In this document: in pieces, positions 16,067-23,629 of the stretch
Position numbering within the stretch: the first letter of the stretch is position 1
How the letters are laid out: each line of letters opens with the position of its first letter
Assembly: GCA_022564515.1 (NCBI GenBank)
Contig: JADFLH010000001.1
Coordinates: 40,917 to 72,916, forward strand
Source: Nitrososphaerota archaeon
Lineage (GTDB): Archaea > Thermoproteota > Nitrososphaeria > Nitrososphaerales > Nitrosopumilaceae
Length of the DNA: 32,000 nucleotides
Direction of reading: 5' to 3'
Translations under genes and position numbers: made by a program
Notes under the pieces: generated by a model
The model's database searches: none
Told to the model about the DNA's origin: nothing
Seen by the model: the letters and a program-made list of their open reading frames with translations, nothing else

Positions 16067-16246
16067 TTATAATTCATCTTTAGTACCTCCAACAATCTGT
16101 TCTTTTGAAAGTTTGAATGACGTCCCTTTTTCTAATCCCTTTACTTTTTCAAAGCAAGCATCACAGACATGAAGTTGTTCTAAATGTTTTACTTTACACT
16201 CCTTTAGGCAAATATTACATAATAATTTTCCAAAAAGATTCTTCAT
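16067..16246 (-). CDS. Small zinc-ribbon-like protein, 59 aa, not in the ORF track
   Basis: I translated this by hand: MKNLFGKLLCNICLKECKVKHLEQLHVCDACFEKVKGLEKGTSFKLSKEQIVGGTKDEL. It has CxxC-x14-CxxC. It lies 26 nt upstream of the PRTase gene on the same strand. Confidence 0.5.
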   Translation of the reverse strand: MKNLFGKLLCNICLKECKVKHLEQLHVCDACFEKVKGLEKGTSFKLSKEQIVGGTKDEL

Positions 16247-16326
16247 GTTGTTTATTAATTTCGTTACAAGATATACATAGATATTATTTAAACAATTTAG
16301 TTATATTTACACAGGATTGAGAAACT

Positions 16327-17481
16327 ATGATTGTGAATAATTATGAAATATTAGGAATTTCTGAGGGATCATCTAAAAGTGAGATACGTAAAGCATTTCG
16401 AAAACTAGCACTTCGACATCATTCAGATAAAGGTGGTGATGAGAAAGAATTTAAGAAAATTAAACAAGCTTATGATGACCTAAAGCTTGGAAAAAAATAT
16501 CCCGATTCACTAGAAGAACGATTGAAAAAAGCCAGAGTAATTTACGATGAGACTGATGAAGAAATACGAAGTAACAAGATTTTAGCAGAAAATATTTCAA
16601 AAGATATGAAAGTCGCTGAAGAATGGGCAGGTGCTTTAAACAGAGCTGATGGTACAGGAATAAGATTTTTTGGTTCAAAAACACTTGGGGAATTAGAGTT
16701 TGAGAGAAAAGCTAATGGAGCACTCTCAATAAAGGGAAACTACAAGGCTGGCAGCCTTACTTATGATGGACCAATAATCATGCAAGGAAACATTACAAGT
16801 CCATCCTGGAGTAAAGAACATGAAACGAATATTAGAATAACAAAAGGAGATTTTAAATTAGTAAATCCTCTGGAAAATAAATACAAAATTGAAAATGGTG
16901 TGAAAATTACTGTAGATAATGGAGATATTGTGGTTGGGAATGTTTTTGGGAAAAAAGTCAAAGTGCAGGATCCATCAGGCAGAGTAGGTCTATACACCAT
17001 CAAAGAATACAGAACGCAACTAGTTGCTCCAAAAGGAAAAATTATTGTAGAAAACGTCGCTAACACCGTTTCCTTAGATTGCAATTCTGTAATAACACTC
17101 AACCTAGAGGATGATGTGAAAATTAATGCCAGAGAAATTCTGATCTATGGCAGCAAAGTAACCTATGATGTTGAAATTGAACTAAAAGAAGGTGGAGTGA
17201 TAAGATTTTTTGAAAATTTTTCTATTCAAGGATTAAGCGATGATTCTGTTATTAAATTAGAGAATGGTAAGATATTCAGACTACGTGAACTGAAAACCAA
17301 GCGGATAAAGGTTTTGCCAGATGATCTAGTAATTAACAAAAACAAATTTGATAAGGATGATACGATGGTAGGCAAGGGTTTTAACATTACTTATAAACTA
17401 CTTGATAATTTTTATAAAAAACAACCTAGAAAAAAAATAATTGATTGGAATCTCAACATGAGGGGATTTAAAAAATCATAG
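16327..17481 (+). CDS. J-domain protein with a variant HSD motif and a long beta-strand-rich C-terminal region
   Basis: The N-terminus YEILGISEGSSKSEIRKAFRKLALRHHSDKGGDEKEFKKIKQAYDDL is a J domain. About 290 further residues have no family I recognise. Confidence 0.8.
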   Translation: MIVNNYEILGISEGSSKSEIRKAFRKLALRHHSDKGGDEKEFKKIKQAYDDLKLGKKYPDSLEERLKKARVIYDETDEEIRSNKILAENISKDMKVAEEWAGALNRADGTGIRFFGSKTLGELEFERKANGALSIKGNYKAGSLTYDGPIIMQGNITSPSWSKEHETNIRITKGDFKLVNPLENKYKIENGVKITVDNGDIVVGNVFGKKVKVQDPSGRVGLYTIKEYRTQLVAPKGKIIVENVANTVSLDCNSVITLNLEDDVKINAREILIYGSKVTYDVEIELKEGGVIRFFENFSIQGLSDDSVIKLENGKIFRLRELKTKRIKVLPDDLVINKNKFDKDDTMVGKGFNITYKLLDNFYKKQPRKKIIDWNLNMRGFKKS

Positions 17482-17537
17482 AATGCAATTTACACTTGAA
17501 ATATTTTAAAAATAAATTAAAAAATGATTGAACTGTT

Positions 17538-17837
17538 TTAGTCGATCAGTTCGGTCCAACCTTTGACGAAGACTGAGTCTTTGTAGAGTGGAACTGGTTG
17601 TCCAACAGTAAAGTCCATTGGTCTCATCCAGAAAATTGCTTTTGTAGGGCAAACCCCAATACATGCACCGTCAGAAATACATCTTTCTGGATAAAATACA
17701 AATGCTTTTCCTCTCTTCCAGCCTTCAACAGGTTTTACTCTTAGTACATCAGGTCCCAAAGTTGTGCATATTTCCACGCAAAGCGCACATCCAATACACA
17801 TTTGTTCACTAATGTCTGGTAGAATTGCTACTGGCAT
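17538..17837 (-). CDS. Ferredoxin, two Fe-S cluster motifs, one of them CxxDxxCxxxCP
   Basis: 99 aa. The motifs are CIGCALCVEIC and CISDGACIGVCP. Confidence 0.85.
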   Translation of the reverse strand: MPVAILPDISEQMCIGCALCVEICTTLGPDVLRVKPVEGWKRGKAFVFYPERCISDGACIGVCPTKAIFWMRPMDFTVGQPVPLYKDSVFVKGWTELID

Positions 17838-17966
17838 TACAAATGGTTTTGGTCTTTGGATCTTAATATAACTTGCTTAAAAATGACTGATTATAACGGC
17901 GTTACGAAATTTTATAACACTGTTAGAATTTTCTGATCCCAAAACAACTGATCTATGACTCTGATT

Positions 17967-18575
17967 CTAAATTACTTTTATAGAATCAGCAACAGATTCA
18001 TCAGCTCTAGTAATATCTACTACTATTCCAGAGTTTTGTTTCTTTAGATACAAGTTTGTCATAATTTTGGCATCAACTACACGTCTACCAGAAGGAGATA
18101 ATACCCATTCTTCTTCATCTTTCTTTCTAGCCATATTTACAACTAAAACACTAGAATCTGATTCTTTAGCAACAAAGGTCAGTAGCATTACATATGCATT
18201 AACAAGTCTGCCCACATCTTTATAATCAAATAAATTGTAAAGGCCGTTTAAGGAATCGATAATCACAAAAGATTTTTCTTTTAAAACCATCATTAAAATT
18301 TTTTTAAGAACTTGATTCCAATCATTTTTTAACGGAGAAAAAAGAGAGACATTTACTTTTCTTGGTAACATTTCAGCATTTACATATCCACTATACAATA
18401 GATCAAAATCCAGATAGAGTATTGGAACATCAATTTGTTCAATTAACTTGGCAAGAAAAACAGCTTTAACGAATGGCTCATTACATAAAATAGAATTTAA
18501 TGCATTTTTTTCCAAGTATTTTTTCACCCCATGTAGTCCAATCAATGAATGTTGATCAGGATTTTTATCCAACAC
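17967..18575 (-). CDS. Hypothetical RecA/RadB/KaiC-fold-like protein with a degenerate P-loop
   Basis: 202 aa if the GTG at 18575 is used. Walker-B-like SFVIIDSLNGLY and RecA-like strands VPILYLDFD and SVLVVNM are present. GLHGVKKY stands where GxxGxGKT is expected. The start is uncertain; the first ATG is codon 68. Confidence 0.4.
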   Translation of the reverse strand: MLDKNPDQHSLIGLHGVKKYLEKNALNSILCNEPFVKAVFLAKLIEQIDVPILYLDFDLLYSGYVNAEMLPRKVNVSLFSPLKNDWNQVLKKILMMVLKEKSFVIIDSLNGLYNLFDYKDVGRLVNAYVMLLTFVAKESDSSVLVVNMARKKDEEEWVLSPSGRRVVDAKIMTNLYLKKQNSGIVVDITRADESVADSIKVI

Positions 18576-18601
18576 TGAACAAGTTTCTAGCTGATATAAT
18601 A

Positions 18602-19756
18602 ATGAATTTAGAAAAAAATGATATTGCTGATGATTTTCCTAATGATGGTAAAATCTACCTTAACAACGCCTCTGTTTCTCTAATGCCTTTAAAGAGCATT
18701 AAAGCAATGACAGATTTCTTAATATCTTATAATTCTGTAGGTCCAGATTCCATTGATTCAGAATCTTTTGTGACTGAAAAACTCCGAAAGACCCGACAAA
18801 TCATTGCCGAGTTAGTAAAATGTCAACCCGAAGAGATCATTTTAACGCAAAGCACAACTGATGGTGTAAACATAGTTGCAAATGGATTATCATTTGATTC
18901 AAATTCAAATATAATTATTCGTGGGATGGCTCATGAACACCATGCAAACTATTACCCTTGGCTACGCTTATCAAACAGGTTACAAGTCAAAAATCTTCAA
19001 GTTAACGAAAATGGTTTTTTTAGAATTAAAGAACTTCAAAATTTGATAGACAGCAATACTAAATTAGTAACACTCAGTCATGCTTTGTACAATACTGGTT
19101 CTATTCTTCCCATTGAAGAAGTTGGTGAAATTTTAGAAAAAAACAAAATTCCATACTTTCTTGATGCCGCACAAACAATTGGTTGTATCGGCGAGTTTGA
19201 TGTAAACACAACAAAATGCGATTTTATGTCTTTTAATGGTTCAAAATGGCTTTGTGGACCAATGGGAACTGGATTATTCTACTGTAAAAAAAGCTCTAGT
19301 AACTTACTTGAGCCAACAAGCATTGGAGGAGAATCAGCTATGATTTATGATGAAACAAAATTAGCTTTCAAAGAAATACCAGAAAAATTTCAAACAGGAT
19401 TTAGAAATTACGTAGGCATGGTGGGACTAGAATCATCAGTACGTTATCTGACCCAATTTGGAATTCATAACATTAGGAGTAAAATCATGAAACTAGCAAA
19501 CCAACTACGAGATGAATTATTAAAAATCTCAGGAGTAACTATGTATGGTCCTGAAGAACCTGAAAAAAGGACAAGCATTATCTCATTTAATATCAAAGGA
19601 CTTGAACCACAAACCATAGTTGAAAAGCTTGAGAAGCAAAAAATTGTTCTTGCCGTGCGTGAAATTTTTAATAAAAAATTTGTTCGAGCATCCCCCCACT
19701 TTTTTAACACAGAATCAGAAATTCAAACAGTAATAGACGCTCTAAAAAAATTATAG
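18602..19756 (+). CDS. Class V PLP-dependent aminotransferase / cysteine desulfurase-like enzyme
   Basis: The ATG at 18602 avoids overlap with the divergent gene. The PLP-lysine context is SFNGSKW. The C-terminal RASPHFFNTESEI resembles the SufS/CsdA-type RASxxxYNTxEE. Confidence 0.75.
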   Translation: MNLEKNDIADDFPNDGKIYLNNASVSLMPLKSIKAMTDFLISYNSVGPDSIDSESFVTEKLRKTRQIIAELVKCQPEEIILTQSTTDGVNIVANGLSFDSNSNIIIRGMAHEHHANYYPWLRLSNRLQVKNLQVNENGFFRIKELQNLIDSNTKLVTLSHALYNTGSILPIEEVGEILEKNKIPYFLDAAQTIGCIGEFDVNTTKCDFMSFNGSKWLCGPMGTGLFYCKKSSSNLLEPTSIGGESAMIYDETKLAFKEIPEKFQTGFRNYVGMVGLESSVRYLTQFGIHNIRSKIMKLANQLRDELLKISGVTMYGPEEPEKRTSIISFNIKGLEPQTIVEKLEKQKIVLAVREIFNKKFVRASPHFFNTESEIQTVIDALKKL

Positions 19757-20011
19757 ATTTTCTTGTTCATCTATTACCATCATTGTTAGAGTTGATTGAA
19801 CTTTGTTTATTTTCCTAACTTTATGAGTAATAATTGATCGAAGATCACCTACACTATCCGATGAAATTTTCAAAATAATATCATAGACTCCATAAACCCC
19901 TTGTACATAATATTCTATTCCACTTTCACTATCAAGAATTTCTTTCAATTCATTTATGATGGATTTGTCAGATCCTAGATCTGAATTTATTAAAACGTAC
20001 GCAGTAGGCAC
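19751..20011 (-). CDS. Stand-alone Lrp/AsnC ligand-binding (RAM) domain protein
   Basis: 86 aa. MPTAYVLINSDLG...VQGVYGVYDIILKI...VQSTLTMMVI follows the beta-alpha-beta-beta-alpha-beta RAM pattern. The start is GTG. Confidence 0.65.
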   Translation of the reverse strand: MPTAYVLINSDLGSDKSIINELKEILDSESGIEYYVQGVYGVYDIILKISSDSVGDLRSIITHKVRKINKVQSTLTMMVIDEQENL

Positions 20012-20091
20012 ATTCCAGATTTCTTAGGACAATATTTAACCTTTGATTATATCTTTCAAATACTGATTAATTACATAGTTTACTTATCATC

Positions 20092-20730
20092 ATGGTACTA
20101 GATCTAACTTTAACAATCTCACAAAACTTACCGACCTTTCCCGGTTCTCCAACACCACAATTCATTCCATGGAATACAATCAAAAAAGATGGCTACAATT
20201 CAGAATTACTTTTTCTAAGCTCTCATTCTGGTACCCATATAGACTCGCCCTATCACTTTGTAGATAATGGAAAAAAAATTCATGAGATCTCAGTTAACCG
20301 ACTTTCAAGCAGTGCCATTTTAGTCAAGATCCCCAAAAAAGCTAACCAATCAATTACAAAAAATAATATCGTTAGTTTTGAAAAAAAACATGGGATAATT
20401 CCAAAAAACGCAACCATCATTTTTGCAACAGGTTGGCAAAAACATTTACAAAAAAAATATTATTTTAAACAAAATCCCGGTCTTTCTATAACTGCCGCAA
20501 ATTATTTAGCTTCAAAAAAAATTAACCTTGTAGGAATAGACTCACCTAGCATCGACCTTGGCAGTGAGAACAAATTTTCAGTACATCATATTCTTTCAAA
20601 GAATAATATTTTGATAGTAGAGAATTTAGTAAATCTTGAAAAAATTTCAAGGAACTATTTCAATTTTATTGTTCTGCCACTCAAACTCAAGGATGCAACT
20701 GGTTCACCTGTTAGGGCTATTGCACTCTAA
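20092..20730 (+). CDS. Cyclase family protein (kynurenine formamidase-like)
   Basis: 212 aa. [12 protein letters not shown] matches the HxGTHxDxPxH metal-binding motif. Confidence 0.8.
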   Translation: MVLDLTLTISQNLPTFPGSPTPQFIPWNTIKKDGYNSELLFLSSHSGTHIDSPYHFVDNGKKIHEISVNRLSSSAILVKIPKKANQSITKNNIVSFEKKHGIIPKNATIIFATGWQKHLQKKYYFKQNPGLSITAANYLASKKINLVGIDSPSIDLGSENKFSVHHILSKNNILIVENLVNLEKISRNYFNFIVLPLKLKDATGSPVRAIAL

Positions 20731-21785
20731 ATTACGAATTGAAACCGTTCTTGTTTATAGTTTTTGGAGAGGCTTCCTATAATCGGTAGTTGATTTTGAC
20801 AATTTATACATCGATTTTTTTCATCAAGATTCCATTCTTTAATGTCAAACCCATATCGCTTAATAGCAATACAATTACACTCAGGACAATAGGTATGTTC
20901 CAGAGAATGGCCAGGAACATTTCCTATGTAAGCATATCTGAGACCTTCATTTTTTGCTATCTCATAATGTTTTTCAAGAGTTTTAACAGGTGTTGAATCA
21001 AATTCCATCATCTTATAGTCTGGATGAAATCTCAAAAAGTGAATTGGCATATCAGGCCCAAATTCATCATAAATAAATTTGCACAACTTTTTTGCATACA
21101 CTAAATCGTCTCCTGCTTCAGGAATTATTAGATCTGTAATCTCGACATGAATCTTGGTTTTATCACGAATTTCAAGAAGAGTATCAAATATTGGTTTTGG
21201 ATCTGGAACCCCAATGTACTTTCTAGTAAATTCAGGTTCGGCACTTCCCTTAAAATCAACAGTAATACAATCCAAAAATTCTCCCATCATCTTTACCGTT
21301 TCTGGTGTATCATAACCATTTGAAACGAAAACATTGAAGAGCCCTTTTTGTCTTGCAATAACTCCAACATCTCTTGCAAACTCTATGAAAATTGATGGTT
21401 GATTGTAAGTATAAGCAATACCGTCTGCTTTATAGTTGAGTGTAGTCTGTACAACCTCTTCAGGAGTCATATCTGTTCCTTCCACCTTTCGTCTTTGACT
21501 GATATCATAATTTTGACAATACTTGCAAAGCCAATTACAACCAGTAGTAGCAATTGAAAATACTCTGGAGCCAGGTCGGTAATGAATAGCGGGTTTTTTT
21601 TCTATGGGATCAACATGCCCAGCAATGACCTTCCCATAAACAAACAGATCCAATTTTCCATCTACATTTCCCCTAATGCCACAAAGTCCAATCTGGTTTT
21701 TTCCAATTTCACAATATCTGGCACAAGCTGTACAGAGCACCTTCTCATTTGGCTTTTTTTCATACAGAATTGCTTCCTTTCCCAT
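20727..21785 (-). CDS. AmmeMemoRadiSam-system radical SAM enzyme (AmrS-like)
   Basis: 352 aa. The N-terminal [21 protein letters not shown], then DPIEKKP, then the [10 protein letters not shown] radical SAM motif, then a C-terminal CPEC...CINC all fit this family. Confidence 0.82.
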   Translation of the reverse strand: MGKEAILYEKKPNEKVLCTACARYCEIGKNQIGLCGIRGNVDGKLDLFVYGKVIAGHVDPIEKKPAIHYRPGSRVFSIATTGCNWLCKYCQNYDISQRRKVEGTDMTPEEVVQTTLNYKADGIAYTYNQPSIFIEFARDVGVIARQKGLFNVFVSNGYDTPETVKMMGEFLDCITVDFKGSAEPEFTRKYIGVPDPKPIFDTLLEIRDKTKIHVEITDLIIPEAGDDLVYAKKLCKFIYDEFGPDMPIHFLRFHPDYKMMEFDSTPVKTLEKHYEIAKNEGLRYAYIGNVPGHSLEHTYCPECNCIAIKRYGFDIKEWNLDEKNRCINCQNQLPIIGSLSKNYKQERFQFVI

Positions 21786-21869
21786 TTTGTAAACTTATTA
21801 CACTTTTTACCCATATAAGCAACAACCTTATGCGTAATGCTAAAAGTACAGGAAACACGGTTTATTCTC

Positions 21870-22364
21870 ATGAGCAAGCCAGGAAACCTATGGCGAAAAT
21901 TGCATGGAAGGGTAACCAAAAAGCCAACAAACTTCTCTTGGTTAATTGAAGAGAAATTAGCAGGCTCTGGAATGCCCACTTCTTTTGACGAGTTTGACTG
22001 GGTTCTAAAACAAGGAATAAAATCAGTTATAACGATGACAGAAAACGCCTTACCTGATTCTTGGGTCGACGATGTAAACTATCTACATATCCCCACTCAG
22101 GATCTAACAGCACCAAGCATGGACAAAATTGATACCTCAGTTGATTTTATTCACAAAGGCATTAACAACAAAGAAGCTGTCATGGTTCACTGTGCCGCAG
22201 GAATGGGTAGAACAGGAACAATACTTGCTTGCTATCTAATCAAATTTCAAAAATATTCTGCAAAAAATGCGATTGAAAAAGTAAGAAATGAAAGACCTGG
22301 TTCCATCCAATCAGAGATGCAGAAGATGGCTGTACATCTGTACGAAAAACACGTTAATAATTGA
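21870..22364 (+). CDS. Dual-specificity / protein-tyrosine phosphatase
   Basis: The CX5R(S/T) signature is HCAAGMGRTGT. ATG at 21870 is preferred over the track's start at 21837. Confidence 0.85.
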   Translation: MSKPGNLWRKLHGRVTKKPTNFSWLIEEKLAGSGMPTSFDEFDWVLKQGIKSVITMTENALPDSWVDDVNYLHIPTQDLTAPSMDKIDTSVDFIHKGINNKEAVMVHCAAGMGRTGTILACYLIKFQKYSAKNAIEKVRNERPGSIQSEMQKMAVHLYEKHVNN

Positions 22365-22367
22365 AGA

Positions 22368-22514
22368 TTATACTACTTTAGAGACTAGTTTACCATCAAC
22401 TACTCTGATCTTTACTTGTATGTTATCATTAAATACCAGAGTTAAACCCCCCTCACTATCTGGGTCTTCAATCTTAATCAATTCTGCCATTTTAATTGGA
22501 TCAAATTTTTCCAT
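22368..22514 (-). CDS. Mini-protein B, 48 aa, paralogue of 22530-22682, not in the ORF track
   Basis: I translated this by hand: MEKFDPIKMAELIKIEDPDSEGGLTLVFNDNIQVKIRVVDGKLVSKVV. It aligns without gaps to mini-protein A, with about 19 identities. A GGTGA box lies upstream. Confidence 0.55.
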   Translation of the reverse strand: MEKFDPIKMAELIKIEDPDSEGGLTLVFNDNIQVKIRVVDGKLVSKVV

Positions 22515-22529
22515 TTTTTCACCTGTTGA

Positions 22530-22682
22530 TTATTCTGGTATCGAAACCGTGTCGATCTTGCCATCCACTACCTTGATAAACAAGAATCTGTTATCTTTAA
22601 AGATTATAGTAATTCCATCTTCTTTATCAGGTTCTTCTATCTCAAGTACTGGCTGTCCTAACAATCCATCATATTTTGCCAT
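22530..22682 (-). CDS. Mini-protein A, 50 aa, paralogue of 22368-22514, not in the ORF track
   Basis: I translated this by hand: MAKYDGLLGQPVLEIEEPDKEDGITIIFKDNRFLFIKVVDGKIDTVSIPE. An ATTATAAA box lies about 25 nt upstream of the ATG. Confidence 0.55.
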   Translation of the reverse strand: MAKYDGLLGQPVLEIEEPDKEDGITIIFKDNRFLFIKVVDGKIDTVSIPE

Positions 22683-22712
22683 GAAAACTTTTAGAAAAAG
22701 TTCTTTATAATA

Positions 22713-23249
22713 CTAATTGATTTCTATCTCAATTTCTTTCGCTTGATTCTTTGCATTATCCGGTTCTGTGTAATCATGTTTTTGCCAAGACGCCCAAGCT
22801 TCTGCCCCCAGTTTGTGCTTTCCTTTTCCTAACTCAGAAGCATTAAAAGAAATTTTTTCATTAAAATCAAACAATTCTTGTTGTACCTCTTCCTCCGTCA
22901 ACCGAATATAAGGCTCGAAATTTTTTGCCACCTGAACCCAAACCCTTTTGTCCTTGTGGGGATTCACTAATTTTGGATTTCTCGTCCAAAAAAGGGATGC
23001 CTTTCTATAAGAATCAATGGCCTCACTAACCTCATGTTTTCTGAATCCTACTGAAAAAAGTTTTATTCCATATTTTAGTTTGAATGTATTGTCATTTTTG
23101 TTATAGGCCTCAGTCCAGTTTTTTTCATTAAAAGCATCCCGGATCATTCCCCATATGGAAAATTTTACATTAATTGTAATATTCTCATCTGAGGAAAACT
23201 TATCTTTCTCCACAAGTAATTCAATATCTGATATGTAACTACTACCCAA
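22713..23249 (-). CDS. Hypothetical protein, 178 aa
   Basis: Long ORF with no family I recognise. The start is uncertain: TTG at 23249, with the first ATG at codon 35. Confidence 0.55.
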   Translation of the reverse strand: MGSSYISDIELLVEKDKFSSDENITINVKFSIWGMIRDAFNEKNWTEAYNKNDNTFKLKYGIKLFSVGFRKHEVSEAIDSYRKASLFWTRNPKLVNPHKDKRVWVQVAKNFEPYIRLTEEEVQQELFDFNEKISFNASELGKGKHKLGAEAWASWQKHDYTEPDNAKNQAKEIEIEIN

Positions 23250-23256
23250 AACAATC

Positions 23257-23271
23257 GTTGATAATGATTTA
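23257..23271 (+). repeat. 15-bp direct repeat copy 1 (TTGATAATGATTTAT)
   Basis: Exact match to 23305-23319, in the divergent intergenic region upstream of rpoL. Confidence 0.7.
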
Positions 23272-23304
23272 TCTACCTATAATATTCTATGTAGAACAAG
23301 CATT

Positions 23305-23319
23305 TTTGATAATGATTTA
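23305..23319 (+). repeat. 15-bp direct repeat copy 2, overlapping the likely rpoL TATA box
   Basis: TTGATAATGATTTAT, with TTTATAT about 31 nt upstream of the rpoL ATG. Confidence 0.7.
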
Positions 23320-23348
23320 TATCCACAATAAGTTCTTTTTCCGAATAC

Positions 23349-23624
23349 ATGAAAGCTCAAGTAATTAATTCATCTTCAAGCGAACTTAGCCTATCATTAA
23401 GTGAGTCAGATATTGGAATTCTATACATTGTCCAACATGAACTTCTGAAAGATTCAGGGATTGATTTTGCTGGAGTCATTGTAAAACATCCATTAACCAA
23501 TGAAAATTGGATAAGGGTTAATTCATCAAAAAATAATCCATTGGAAGAAATTACAAAAGCAACAGAATCTGCAATCAAAACTGCAGAGAATATGAAAAAA
23601 TTATTTCAATCAAAATTAAGGTAA
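23349..23624 (+). CDS. rpoL: DNA-directed RNA polymerase subunit L (Rpo11)
   Basis: 91 aa. The pattern GILYIVQHELLKDSGIDFAGVIVKHPL is typical of RpoL/Rpb11. Confidence 0.8.
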   Translation: MKAQVINSSSSELSLSLSESDIGILYIVQHELLKDSGIDFAGVIVKHPLTNENWIRVNSSKNNPLEEITKATESAIKTAENMKKLFQSKLR

Positions 23625-23629
23625 ATTAA

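Noticed and set aside
16117-16320. 67-aa plus-strand ORF from the track
   Set aside because: It is antisense to the 59-aa CxxC...CxxC ORF. Its product is hydrophobic and low-complexity with no motif, and it runs into the promoter region of the J-domain gene.
17881-17940. Possible C/D-box sRNA (ATGACTGA ... CTGA about 55 nt apart) in the ferredoxin / RecA-like intergenic region
   Set aside because: The putative C box is AUGACUGA rather than RUGAUGA. No C'/D' pair or terminal stem is visible, so this is probably chance in AT-rich DNA.
18500-18601. N-terminal extension of the class V PLP enzyme ORF overlapping the divergent 17967-18575 gene
   Set aside because: The extension has no similarity to PLP-enzyme N-termini. 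ATG at 18602 precedes the conserved YLNNAS region at a normal distance.
21582-21979. Several overlapping track ORFs (21582-21818, 21662-21979, 21749-21949) across the amrS/phosphatase divergent region
   Set aside because: They overlap the 5' ends of two motif-supported genes and each other. The region is better explained as two divergent gene starts plus about 85 bp of promoter DNA.
22288-22710. 140-aa plus-strand ORF from the track covering the gap after the phosphatase gene
   Set aside because: It starts inside the phosphatase gene in another frame and has a low-complexity Ser/Leu/Ile-rich product. It is antisense to two mutually homologous minus-strand mini-ORFs, so it is most likely a shadow ORF.
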